This document shows positions 13,601 through 20,614 of a DNA stretch of 64,000 nt, in pieces; the first letter of the stretch is position 1; the number at the start of each line of letters is the position of its first letter. This DNA comes from a virus. Lineage: Duplodnaviria > Caudoviricetes. The notes below the pieces were generated by a model, which did not search any database, was not told the origin of the DNA, and was given only the letters and a program-made list of their open reading frames with translations. Made by a program: the position numbers and the translations under genes. The DNA lies in IMG/VR virus record IMGVR_UViG_3300030376_007339, positions 1,813 through 65,812 of that record. One strand, written 5' to 3'.

Positions 13601-16600
13601 AGAAGTAATACTTGTTGGAGATGTTCCACCTGTTATTATACTCTCAGAATACCTTTTATCGAAAGAAGTATCTCCTGCCTCTCCCAATCCCCATTTACCT
13701 GCTATAGGTGACCAACCCGGAATACCACTAACTACCATACCACCGAAGTTTATTCGACCAATTGCGTTTGAAGCAACTCGTAACCCTTCAACTAAAGATG
13801 ATGATGGGCCTTGTGATTCAAATGATTCGTCATTAATCGTATTAGAACTCATACCGCTACCTAAATAACCGGATATATTCCTTAACTCAGGATTTGTTGT
13901 ATGACTTGTTCTTACACCGTAATCATGATTACTTGATATTAGTTCTCCGTTAAACTCTCCTCTTACCATTTCTCTTAGTGTAGTAACTGGAGCAAATGGC
14001 CTTCCGTGTTTGTTAATTGGCATCGGTGCAGGGTGCATGTTTTCTCCCATATCTTCGTCGGGTTGACACCAAAAATTTCTAAAACGACCACCATGACCAA
14101 TTAAAAATTGTGGATTATAGGTTGATTGACCTTTACTATTATCTAACCAAACACAAAAATTTCTTGCACTTGCGCCGGGTATTGTTGAATGAATTACAAT
14201 TGAAAACCCCTCAACACCATTTTTATCTTCAACTACTCTTCCTAAGTGTGCCCTTAGGTAACCCATATGGCTACCCCTATCGTGTGTGTTAAACGCTTCA
14301 TCAGGCGACCACCAAGGGGCAGGGTCATACGTTGAACCTGTAGCAGCAAAGTCAGCATTTATGTGCGTTCCAGCAGGGTCTTTGTTAGGATTATTCGTAT
14401 CTTCTCTAACACCTATTCTTGTTAAATCAAGGATTTCTGCTTCACCGGGGTATTGGTGTGATGGTCTTCTTGCGTGTGTCCTACCGTTTTTTGCAGCACT
14501 TTGGTTAATTAGTCTAACTATTTCTTTTGCTGCTGCTTCAATGTCTGTAACACCTTCTTTCACTCCTACTTCACCGAAATCAACGGTAAGTCTTCGTACA
14601 AAGTCCATTTCTGTCCAATGGTTAAGATATTGTAAACGTGATTCTTCGTGTTCTGCTAATGATAAAGTTTGGTTACGAATACCTTTCAAACATAAAAATG
14701 CGGAAATAACTCTTGTACCATCAGGAGTATCAAATAATGTGCTTGCATCACGGAATGAGTATGTGTTTGGGTCTTGATTATATCTGTGCGATTTTAATGC
14801 TTGAACGAATGGAATAACTTTACTGTTACCAAATAATCTTCTTGAAACGTTGTGTGCATGTGAAGCATAATACAAAGAAGCGACGGCTGGTTGCACTCTT
14901 GGTAATACACTATCTCCAGTCGAAAACGTATTAGTTGTTGATTCGTGGTTAACACCACTATGTACAACATGACCATGCCCTTTACCCATTAAATGCTCAT
15001 TTATACTTCCAAAACTCTTTAATGGATTTTCCATTAAATAATTTGATACTGAATTTAATGTATCAGTTATATTCAACAAATCTTTAGAAGTCATATTTGC
15101 TAAATTATGTGCGTATGCACTTTCAATAAACTTTGATTGTTGAGTATTTCTCAAAAATTTGTTTTCACTTGGAAAGCCGTTTGCTACATCTAACTGGGTA
15201 GTTAGGTAATGTGGAGCGCCTCCATTTATTTTTGCTAGTACAACATCTAAATCATATCCACCATCTTGTGTAGCCAATTTTCTTGTGTGCCCAATAATAG
15301 GTGTTGATGCGCTTGACTGAACTTGCATATGTAAATCGTGAAAAGCGATAAATTCTCTATCATGGGCAACATCAAACAGTAATACTCTTGCATGTCCAGC
15401 AGTTGCTAAGTAAGGGTCAACATATGCTACGGTAGGTGCTTGACTTGCATCTAACCCCATCGATAGATAATTTAGTTCTACCGTTCTGTTAACATGTTGT
15501 ACAAAATTTGTAGCCGTTTCAAGACATGTCTCTCCGATTAAAAAATTCTCCATTGGTATTGAATCTCTTGGTCTATTTGTTAGTACACCTTCTCCACCAT
15601 TAAAATCTGAATATACCTGTGCTTCATTCATTACACCCCTACTTTTACAAAATAACCCTTCTGTAGCGTGAGGATTATTGACAGTCATGTTCATCCATAT
15701 AGTATCGCCATTTCTTAAACCACCTGAAGCATACGGATTATTCCATGTTCTGTTTAAGAGTGCTTCAGGGTCTTCGCTTATCATTGAGGCTATACCGACC
15801 CTTACCTTATCTCCTGAGTCTATCCTATTAGCGACATTAGCCTTTAGAAACACTTTTGTTTCTGAAACTCCACCTAATGCTGGAGATAAAATATAATCAA
15901 CTTGGCCTACATACTGTATAGTCCCATCAGGTTCTTCAAGGTAAATAGTATCATTTGGTCGTAAATTTATTCCAACAGTATTAGCATGAGCGTATAAAGT
16001 CGATGTAGCAGGTTGAATACGTATTTCACTTACACTTGTAAGATAATTATCGGAAAAGGTCCAAATTTGCCCCGATGTCGTAGGTCTAAATGTAGATACA
16101 GTTTCTTCATACCCAATTGCATTAGCAGGGTCAGACAATTGTAAATGACTTCTTCCGACTTTCTTTAATCTTATATCATGCCCAATAACATCAGTTAGCG
16201 TTGAACCAAACACTAAAAGCGAATTTTCCGTTACTTCAAGATTTAATGCTGAAGAAAAATTGTTTCCAAGTAAAAGTACCTCAACAGGAGTATCTTTTAA
16301 TATTTCACAGACATAAATCATATCTCCAGTATCAGCCGCAGCATTTCCTGAAGAATCGACGGTGAATTGTGGGTCAGGAAATTGACTACCATCTTCTAAT
16401 TGTAAAACTGCTAATGTACCCAACACTCCTGAGACACCTAGAATTTTACTTCTTGCTCTCTTAGGACTTATTCTTGGTGCATGAGGATTGTCTAAAGGAC
16501 CTGCTTTAAATTCAATGGCACTTACATATTGTCTCAAACCGTAATCAAGATTACCACCTTGGGTTAACATATTTGCAGCATCATGGTAAAAATTTCTTCT

Positions 16601-19600
16601 ACCTTCATAATCAGAAGTGTCAGTATAAGAATCAGAAGATAATGGTATGAGTTTTGATGCATCACTTACAGAACTTGTGAATAATTTAGCACCAACCTGT
16701 AAACCGGCAATAAAATTGTCTGATATATTTATCCGTGCGCCGTTTTTTGTTTTTTCCAATGTATTAGCAGTTATTCTCATGTATCCGTCAGTTTGCGGGT
16801 CATTAGCATAATACGCAAATTCATTATTTGAAAGATAAACTGCTGGAAGATAAGAATAACTTAAATGGTTTCTATAAGTTTTTTTAGATAATTGCGGCGT
16901 TTGGAAAATTTTTGGATGGCTCACATATATATCGTAAATTGTGTCTTCAAAATCGGGAGCAGAAGCACTTGATTCATCTTTAACAATTTGTGTTATGGTA
17001 GCGCTTCTAATTAAATTACCTTGGGTATCGATATACGTGTGAGCGGATTTCGCTTCTCGGTCATTAGGAACTATGTCATCAACTCTTTTACCTACAGGTG
17101 ATGGGTTCCATGTATGTGCAGTATATGTAGCGTCTAAGTGTAGTTTCATACTGTTATCAGGACCGGGAAATACCCCTTCACTGGTTTGCTCAAAAAATTG
17201 TTGAGGGAAAATTGGTATTTCTGTCATCGCTCTTGTGCTTGCGAATTGAGTTCCAAGTTGATAATCATGATTTACTGTATCCATGCTTTGGAATAAACGG
17301 TCATTGACGGTGCTTCCATCATCACACAAGTTTTCATTTTCAAAATCATTATCGTTGTATATGTTCGCAGTTACTTTAAAACTATCAGCAGAACTTTCAC
17401 TTACCAAATTAGTAGCATTACACCACTTATGAAAAGAAGAAACTGGTGTACCATTGGCTAATAAAAAAGTACCCGATGCTATTGCGTCAGTGTCACTAAA
17501 AGTGAATCCTGTGGCATTTTTACTTATGTAAGCAGCACTACTCCCATCGACTAAATATATTCTTCCAACCTTTGGAAAGCAATACGTACCCCACGAAGTA
17601 ATATCCTCTTGATAATTATTAAGTGGAGTTACACTCATTGTAAGCCCATTAGATGTAGTATCGACCCAGTGCGCTTTAACTGCACAATTCCTACGAGTTG
17701 AGCCGGGTAATCGCATTAAAGCACTTGGGTCGTAAGTTGGTTTTGTATTGACGGCACCTTGTCCGGGGCCTCCCAGTGTTACTGTTACAACAGGTGAGTT
17801 AGGTTCTATTTCTTTTACAACATGTGAATCAGGAGAGCCACTTCCTGTAATGTTAACATTTTCATTTATCAGTTCTTCATTTATTCCAGCAGCCGTGACA
17901 TGTGTTGTAAGTTGACCATCAGCACCTTTGTCTTGTCTTATGGAGCGTATTCTTGTACGACTCATAAGGTGCATTATCGATGCTACGTTAGGAATTTGAC
18001 CTTTTGTAATACCATCTCTTACCTTTGCTAATTGGTTTGTTCTACTTTTGTTACTGGGTTGTATATAAATACGACCAGCAGTTACTCCGTGTTCATAGTA
18101 AATATTGTCTATAATATCAAACATTTCATGTACAGGTGTGCCTTCATTTGTGCCGCCTTTATCGAATACACCAGTGCCAGTGTTTTCAACTTCGGGTGAT
18201 TTGATGAATTGTAAATTACTACTTTGACTCAAAAAGGTTACATTATCAATTGAAGCAGCGTCTATAGTTAATTTATGGTAAACTGATTTATGCACACCGT
18301 CGTTATGTGATGCATTAACCGCAGTTGGAGGGGTTGCGGGTTCAGCATTAGCATCATTAGGTGGAGTATAATTTACTGGACATCGACTAAAATCAAGAGT
18401 ATTATCAATGTCTGCTCCTCCGGTATTGTCACCAACCAAATTATGCGACTTTCCTATTTCAGGAGATAGGTTAGTAGCCGAACGAGAAAACTCAATAAAA
18501 CCACCCGGTGCAAATAACGTTGTATCTTTGCTCGCATCTGCTAAATCAGCCTCTATTACATCCATTACAGTAGTTGAGCCTGTCAATACAAAATTACCAC
18601 TTGGTACAGTTTTTTCAACTAATAGCACTGGTGTAGTTTTACTCATACTTGCACCTGTCAAGTCAATCGCATTGTAATGTATCTCAACATAAGGTGCTAA
18701 ATTATGTGTTGAACCTAATGTTGGGACTTTTAATAAAGCGATACGACTTTCAGTTTCGGGTCTTAAATGGTAATTTCTTGTATCATCATTTATGTCATCA
18801 AGTTCAGGAACAGGACCTTTTAACATAAATGGTTTAAAATCAAAATCAGTTCCACCAATAGCGATAATTTGTTCTTTACTTTCAGGTAAACCATTCCCAA
18901 CAACAAACGATGCTGGTGAAGAATTTACTGCGGCTGAAATACTTATTTGTGACGGTGTGTTATAAAAATCAGCAAGCGCATTTGGAGTAAAAAACCGGTC
19001 AACATTAGGTGCAGTATTGTCATAAGATAAAGAAACTATGTCAGCCGCCCCACCGATTTGTTGGTCAACAACTAAACTCATCGGGTTAGGGAACTTTCGC
19101 ATGTACTCATGACCGTCAATATGAGAATATGCATGTCTTCCGCTATGGCCTATTTGGAATAACTCATCTATACTTGAAGGCCAAACAACTGCAAAGGGAT
19201 TATTTGGGTGTGTTGTAGTGGTTGCCATTTGAGATGAATACATTAACCCATGTTGCTCTAATGTTGATTCATCAATTACCATTTGACCCGTTCTATCAAT
19301 AACTTGTGAGTTATAATGCGGCGGCTGATATGGTTTGCCAGTGCCGTTATCAATTAGTAAATCAGATGCTACAACAACAAAATAATCATCAACGTCAGCA
19401 GTTCTTGAATGTAACAATCCTCTTTTCCCGTTGGTTCCGTTAACAAAATCTAAGTGTATGCTGGATACTGTAAGCACACCAGTTGAAACATTTATTGATT
19501 CCAATCTCACTCTTTCAGGTGGGGATTGATTTGGTTTGTGTGTATTACGATTTATCGCACCGGGATTAATAAGTAAATTATATGGGGTATGCGGTATCGC

Positions 19601-20614
19601 TAAAGTTGATTTACTACCCGGTGAGGTGTAATAATCAATTACTTTGTAGTTACCCATGCTATAGGGCGAAGAAGTGAATGTTACTGTGCCTGATGTTTGA
19701 GTTGTACCTGTTAACTTTGTCGCTAAATTTTGTGCATCAGTGGTCGATATAGTGATAGTCGTTGTGCTTCCATCACTGGCTACGCTATAGGGTGTTGACG
19801 AATCGCTACCCAAAGCGGTGAGTTGATAAGTTTCTGAAACAATATCCAAGGGTTCTTCAAACCGATATAAAGCAGAAGAGTTACCAGTTAGTAAAGGTAC
19901 TGAAGATGAAATCATATTGTTATCAAATTGTCTTGATATGTGTATGGCTTCCATAGCCCCTCTAAATTCACCGCCTTTACCACCAAGATAAATATGATTA
20001 CTATTTTTAGCAAGCCTACTTTCTTTGTCGATGCTTTCACTTACAATGACTTTTCCGTTCACAAACACAAACATGTTTTCCTGTGTAACACCTGCTACGA
20101 TATGATATAGCGGTCTATGGTTAAAATTTAAATTCGTAGCATCGCCATAATTAGAAGTATCATATCGATTATAAGAGTCATGAATACCACCATGCTCTTG
20201 CTCAGGAAAAATAATCCCATCCCATCTTGAGGTTGCATCACTAGCAGAACTCAAAACACGTTTTTTTATTCCGTTCGCTGTATCGAAAAATGCACTAAAC
20301 TTGACAGGTCCGGGTGAATCAACTGTACCAAACTCAAGAGTAAATTGTCCTTCTCTATGTGCAACTACTCCACCACAGTCAGGTACAACCCATGCCTCAA
20401 TACTTAGTCCTGTATCACCCTTTCTGCTAACTCTTGTGTTATCATCAGTGCCATGTCCAGTTTTGTTAAGAATACCTAAACCAGTTTTTGTTCCGTCGGG
20501 TGTCTCTTGTCCAACTTTAGTAAACCTACCTTGCGGTACAAGTATAGAATCACTAACACCATCAAAGAAAATAGCGTGACTTGTTCTTCCTATCGCAACC
20601 ATATAACCCCTCAA
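1625..20614 (-). CDS. Giant (about 6325 aa) tail-tip/adsorption protein with N-terminal LamG/concanavalin-like domain and repeated beta-domain inserts
   Basis: 18,990-nt open frame; likely start ATG at 20602 after GAGGGG. N-terminus AIFFDG..LSIEAWV..HIVA..FVNG..IYLGG..FRGAM is LamG-like. S/T/G-rich; lies between Dit-like and hub genes. Confidence 0.85.
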   Translation of the reverse strand: MRGYMVAIGRTSHAIFFDGVSDSILVPQGRFTKVGQETPDGTKTGLGILNKTGHGTDDNTRVSRKGDTGLSIEAWVVPDCGGVVAHREGQFTLEFGTVDSPGPVKFSAFFDTANGIKKRVLSSASDATSRWDGIIFPEQEHGGIHDSYNRYDTSNYGDATNLNFNHRPLYHIVAGVTQENMFVFVNGKVIVSESIDKESRLAKNSNHIYLGGKGGEFRGAMEAIHISRQFDNNMISSSVPLLTGNSSALYRFEEPLDIVSETYQLTALGSDSSTPYSVASDGSTTTITISTTDAQNLATKLTGTTQTSGTVTFTSSPYSMGNYKVIDYYTSPGSKSTLAIPHTPYNLLINPGAINRNTHKPNQSPPERVRLESINVSTGVLTVSSIHLDFVNGTNGKRGLLHSRTADVDDYFVVVASDLLIDNGTGKPYQPPHYNSQVIDRTGQMVIDESTLEQHGLMYSSQMATTTTHPNNPFAVVWPSSIDELFQIGHSGRHAYSHIDGHEYMRKFPNPMSLVVDQQIGGAADIVSLSYDNTAPNVDRFFTPNALADFYNTPSQISISAAVNSSPASFVVGNGLPESKEQIIAIGGTDFDFKPFMLKGPVPELDDINDDTRNYHLRPETESRIALLKVPTLGSTHNLAPYVEIHYNAIDLTGASMSKTTPVLLVEKTVPSGNFVLTGSTTVMDVIEADLADASKDTTLFAPGGFIEFSRSATNLSPEIGKSHNLVGDNTGGADIDNTLDFSRCPVNYTPPNDANAEPATPPTAVNASHNDGVHKSVYHKLTIDAASIDNVTFLSQSSNLQFIKSPEVENTGTGVFDKGGTNEGTPVHEMFDIIDNIYYEHGVTAGRIYIQPSNKSRTNQLAKVRDGITKGQIPNVASIMHLMSRTRIRSIRQDKGADGQLTTHVTAAGINEELINENVNITGSGSPDSHVVKEIEPNSPVVTVTLGGPGQGAVNTKPTYDPSALMRLPGSTRRNCAVKAHWVDTTSNGLTMSVTPLNNYQEDITSWGTYCFPKVGRIYLVDGSSAAYISKNATGFTFSDTDAIASGTFLLANGTPVSSFHKWCNATNLVSESSADSFKVTANIYNDNDFENENLCDDGSTVNDRLFQSMDTVNHDYQLGTQFASTRAMTEIPIFPQQFFEQTSEGVFPGPDNSMKLHLDATYTAHTWNPSPVGKRVDDIVPNDREAKSAHTYIDTQGNLIRSATITQIVKDESSASAPDFEDTIYDIYVSHPKIFQTPQLSKKTYRNHLSYSYLPAVYLSNNEFAYYANDPQTDGYMRITANTLEKTKNGARINISDNFIAGLQVGAKLFTSSVSDASKLIPLSSDSYTDTSDYEGRRNFYHDAANMLTQGGNLDYGLRQYVSAIEFKAGPLDNPHAPRISPKRARSKILGVSGVLGTLAVLQLEDGSQFPDPQFTVDSSGNAAADTGDMIYVCEILKDTPVEVLLLGNNFSSALNLEVTENSLLVFGSTLTDVIGHDIRLKKVGRSHLQLSDPANAIGYEETVSTFRPTTSGQIWTFSDNYLTSVSEIRIQPATSTLYAHANTVGINLRPNDTIYLEEPDGTIQYVGQVDYILSPALGGVSETKVFLKANVANRIDSGDKVRVGIASMISEDPEALLNRTWNNPYASGGLRNGDTIWMNMTVNNPHATEGLFCKSRGVMNEAQVYSDFNGGEGVLTNRPRDSIPMENFLIGETCLETATNFVQHVNRTVELNYLSMGLDASQAPTVAYVDPYLATAGHARVLLFDVAHDREFIAFHDLHMQVQSSASTPIIGHTRKLATQDGGYDLDVVLAKINGGAPHYLTTQLDVANGFPSENKFLRNTQQSKFIESAYAHNLANMTSKDLLNITDTLNSVSNYLMENPLKSFGSINEHLMGKGHGHVVHSGVNHESTTNTFSTGDSVLPRVQPAVASLYYASHAHNVSRRLFGNSKVIPFVQALKSHRYNQDPNTYSFRDASTLFDTPDGTRVISAFLCLKGIRNQTLSLAEHEESRLQYLNHWTEMDFVRRLTVDFGEVGVKEGVTDIEAAAKEIVRLINQSAAKNGRTHARRPSHQYPGEAEILDLTRIGVREDTNNPNKDPAGTHINADFAATGSTYDPAPWWSPDEAFNTHDRGSHMGYLRAHLGRVVEDKNGVEGFSIVIHSTIPGASARNFCVWLDNSKGQSTYNPQFLIGHGGRFRNFWCQPDEDMGENMHPAPMPINKHGRPFAPVTTLREMVRGEFNGELISSNHDYGVRTSHTTNPELRNISGYLGSGMSSNTINDESFESQGPSSSLVEGLRVASNAIGRINFGGMVVSGIPGWSPIAGKWGLGEAGDTSFDKRYSESIITGGTSPTSITSYSSYIDSNDVMAENVGDSHLYGLKLTDHRGNSYGVRYVYRELGLPYSNDNTIVPNTIENEIGIFFDDKDVSQGGFTIGQHLIGYGDVTGRIDTSGDLTEDTFRGNYWSPFPSPSVGIDSVVTWNSTTETLTVVLQAPFHTGGSEISNHPDILGYLGFPATNGLLQINDTFTGTTVKGIVGHTLSYESRTQNDKSGTHVFHGVKGASFTSSHFVNSGTVSNTSKTHPSATGSTTDIRVLISPRINWTCLITDELMSAVTNAAINLQNPNVVEGISFDCTNMKTADGRTFGEWGVSPNAIKIRAFNPEKNIRPISDMFESSIHPDLGIEAAHIEYGLYQTLKRNATTLSWEVTTGSESANEPYSDADIDDNKTFNSGYIPLTVLQIKSKGRGYHANTATPVIVDSTNKPINLDSWTENLKGANFTRNSGDHILPCLDESNLIIGDYYHDGIFTLSGSITAAGTGYSASTIYETTSSGSGTGAKIKVNSVGGTGNVTGVAINFAGTGYAASEVLTLTGGGGNAQVTVASILTRTLIAGTNSLLYQTLIPAGQEGSTVDTLAKKASFGERARYYIGNSKLALLQSANGANSATHLTFDFGETNKEWTDFYSETVRSGGGVVLNKFPFDIINGMRFYGSVDSEPVVYFKGAKDSPDHSVPLYFGGGFSGVVLDVNDGTQNDYSSFYTHPYSNGPTGTAGIQHANEISTSFAHIDCNALLAFFPGTALLNQHRGSITSPVSNKNNVLSTDIFAGTLLTDTNVPSSIQAKYTAGVVRQKPTPMVLRFAHPTARYEDYKNNVESKTTYLVFGPGQAFPLAEKNTTASGVFPSSNPEPHPGKVVTVGNSWSKVPAEMRLPNELFNDAGYFGPPTSTYQNDRHKFHYNSTLNWSPPHGIPNYGKLRQRPEHGYHYGEHFNNPVSGKITLFNKADFFKAHPYKHCSTIYYGIAMAADMTYHMDGGYHPGGHWLDNQLAFNPPNPNSNYRITSWSSNVVNPAAFRVSGPMGAIYDPTSGSGTAANFNTDYILVDATRCQNGEELAAVLGQAINEYPGTGALKAMGGTFLPSMGNSMRQDRYGWVEMAVADFTSDYGIDESGTFANMVPFQNGESMGDGTHSLASSKTYVIAKFNGGGRELHEQIPPCGWLRTPDGGRDNGPALTEASCDTNHTSGLSDGSSTSVRHITHTANSNIVVGLYVKGTGIPDGTVITAINNSTCFTISADTTATNTNTTLTFTNLNVPMFAPYHSREIYNDSGTYKVKFYLAPNRVSGFPLFEDAKTFYDICEGNSPTFPMPGQTITGTGIAMATPTRLFVWSKAGVHRFNNESESTRDHMTQVHFNGLVDAIDRTRPVGAIGWAGERYSYLNSLKVSTSSFTDATCDTDTTAGSGTTFGGNPRIIRVDSTANLTRGMFVSGTGIPANSFIEQIDSTTLFRINADVTATNTNTTLTFTSNLYGAGLGAWYPKLGFSPYGSNNSCMNALGHIPTVYPNFNSPEGNPRVNLVNGTDETITTPYTWNVGLASTDKFYKSFTVGSASYNNQTTITHASSSSIVRGMGVSGSGIPTGAYVVSVTDATHFELSAATTGGSKSSQTLTFTPLFEFETSESVSSRYSFKPIHANSEFILPDELTHPQGVYSRAFLVVSYESELPLVAKYDRDGIKATGDWLAVVSKTKEGVAAATAITFAGTSRWDERFHHAERYIAPANAGPNVEALIYANTQIPTIEADLADNGIYDNPTITAALEGANLLNAEPCHAKTGDLFFDLDNSPGSIHLESNSDVERNILTAFTSGSTSSDLNVYADDANFWLGDTNAYKLSEKSPIDNFSIEHIVWKRMDGGNLSLPAVNARGLGAIPFVTRVVSTNSHTTGEKIYGVNRFSFETTNSAMFPIIQAQELSHPQLAASHPDELRNVLEIPNEEMQFDGVSVMDDTGQIHTVEGGSPFGTIIRTFNQISDRVSEGLAPAISGSGIEPNLQIRLPDPNAVPGNIVIRSGFDRLQSYQTETLGTGGMMRPKINAKSIGELFNIRYPNDDDTFATTKAPRLAPFYSDHLWEHISQSATGEAFPDSTFNGWGSATNNAPIETSYELHDRSLYFHVTKNGNTHTHKHPTYYTHSAGVTNNDLTGVSFSGTTLTVNATIDANIFSTAFGDQERDTGTRRFLRLYNPTTDRGGVASFTGISGATFTGCVGDAEFTSLVASSITSLKVVPSYYMPAGSTRFFASRRLRDHAEVSGNSPDMVNARLVGNDAAASKVLTGLGTYQATELTPAPIPRMGHHFVNPTMAMLPGHWAHPAYQGLYKRHKACRGATKTFFEKEVLGARGASTGTNEFVGRNTSRSGIDAALTNQLSSYDPMLYFSTINATPSGPSDVHGGGFTLMFESKVRYDGYGVLASKGQAGVVNSKGGHTIVLEAAGTYSLTQHFPDPAEVGSYQIIIQPNILPNQFIGFHENGPATDVPDGSVEELTTQQTALVIGIREIDHSTGALGLVLANATMADVRGCEVFINEIMVDQDPDFGSQFTNIPPLLLYNPLGVQSSESPAFIKESLPYHPNMFLDSTPGYTINTPWWSMSHKVGPDDSSSYGYRHLSWHRMDNYYYFLRANAGSIAAQLTLAGYPSTYPDIYSEINELISVTPVCSVVSVASTSITVDDARGFPKQPYYGEVLEYTDANGIRRTHTYTERSGYDATNMNKPKLFTIAANTTFTDNLTAGTKIRLSRMNDFRPAGAILKESKTSIMTRNLPQNLQGTRDTNSLHMADAFLCLWHPNLGRPHTYYSDSTRTWLSSSADKAIDQKPLNSMPEHFETIHYHDATYFTSPGPFGFKIKTPKPSTVNNFTIGGAAYNNDPTITHNSTKMLVAGMTVSGTGIPVGATISSVTSDTEFELSASTTGGVKSGQTLTFGDITVTFSSISGARITHSSNGNIIVGSKVTGTNIPTNATVANVVSGTQFDLSVTPGSTPSGTLTITSQPRRFVSRAANAITTSPGLKFAGGTKISLADRTFTVSSSSADTGTVITVIEDTPTEFNTRRFRGEFVQYGADGDGGTVTEIEALNTYDILTVGSASYNNDPTIDLASTASLEVGMRVDGDGIPSGATIASITDADTFELSVSTTGGAKSSETLTFYKAVAYQAQAGTSTMLNHFWPCGSRGGPITSRLDGYGYVSSSWIYPRDYGYDKPIWTDADDDGSYTVSSGISKSNYSSLSNTLRTRPFGYRFGLRQPYNKPQWATYGLRALRESAITATNASVAYQHGPLVQVEGGTWTYAGGEAGVSNPTLSDMYVGILERQTNFSGMLNVDKPGYQVRYSDGMRFTRPFGCPVRTLRNASSVARDWWGDSFGKNLSTIEDMAGYYIVDWWGNTRGEDVRRFPVRGFGIRPAWDAGDSYEFDRSSNETPATRSAGLFNLKSAYNSDDGYATIKSFTVGGGSYNNDPTITHTSSSSIVAGMGVAGSGIPSGAYVASVTDATHFELSVATTGGSKSSQTLTFTDGRSLPRFGGRLNIHNNASASTLIDVFFPRHSLRVGDMGNGRGVRYPTMFNEDVLTALNEPNHTTGMVLSHHTAEPNLNDGYLRARNDTLQNDEVPRGISARLEIDEDGLLKPEAVVSDRVENISGDTPHKDAISRSSPRIGIDTENIEGEDVNLIVLNTEAHSLHTDRNVGQRVVLQGGMTTGSQTLADYDLTALTFTAQPAGGVMRMSHTSNFNPLGGVYIAETKNYLSPIDDTDWGSFSDATCDTNHTSGLSDGSSTSVRHITMDSTAKLVVGMTVTGTGIPSSATVTAINNATCFTLSADTTATNANTTLTFGPPVGKGSNPYVTDVFTSASKRANTKDKSISFMLKPVRLLDKQHIEMFRSNLNLATTSPQYGSNYFAATAGGKYGLFTYETTNGRATGGGQFMTSSSPNTNAPYTPAYFMDISADESKPISKGPKLKGTGVTGYDSTTINNEVTRVVMSQNTLEHYRSDASRRRTFQDDTGTSFLRKDFSVQPRFSQSLHPKGHKGDLNLDGGDLP
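2246..10150 (-). repeat. Eight dispersed copies of a 60-76-aa beta-domain repeat inside the giant gene
   Basis: Consensus IT-x-S-x3-h-x-GM-x-V-x-G-x-GIP-x-G-x2-h-x-S-h-x4-F-x-LS-x2-T-x6-TLTF at about 2246-2473, 3197-3394, 4280-4477, 4753-4933, 4946-5143, 8843-9040, 9278-9505 and 9923-10150. Confidence 0.9.

Noticed and set aside
2-20579. Many plus-strand and alternative-frame ORFs (60-163 aa) overlapping the giant gene and hub
   Set aside because: They are antisense shadows of S/T/G-rich codons, with no RBS or recognisable motifs.
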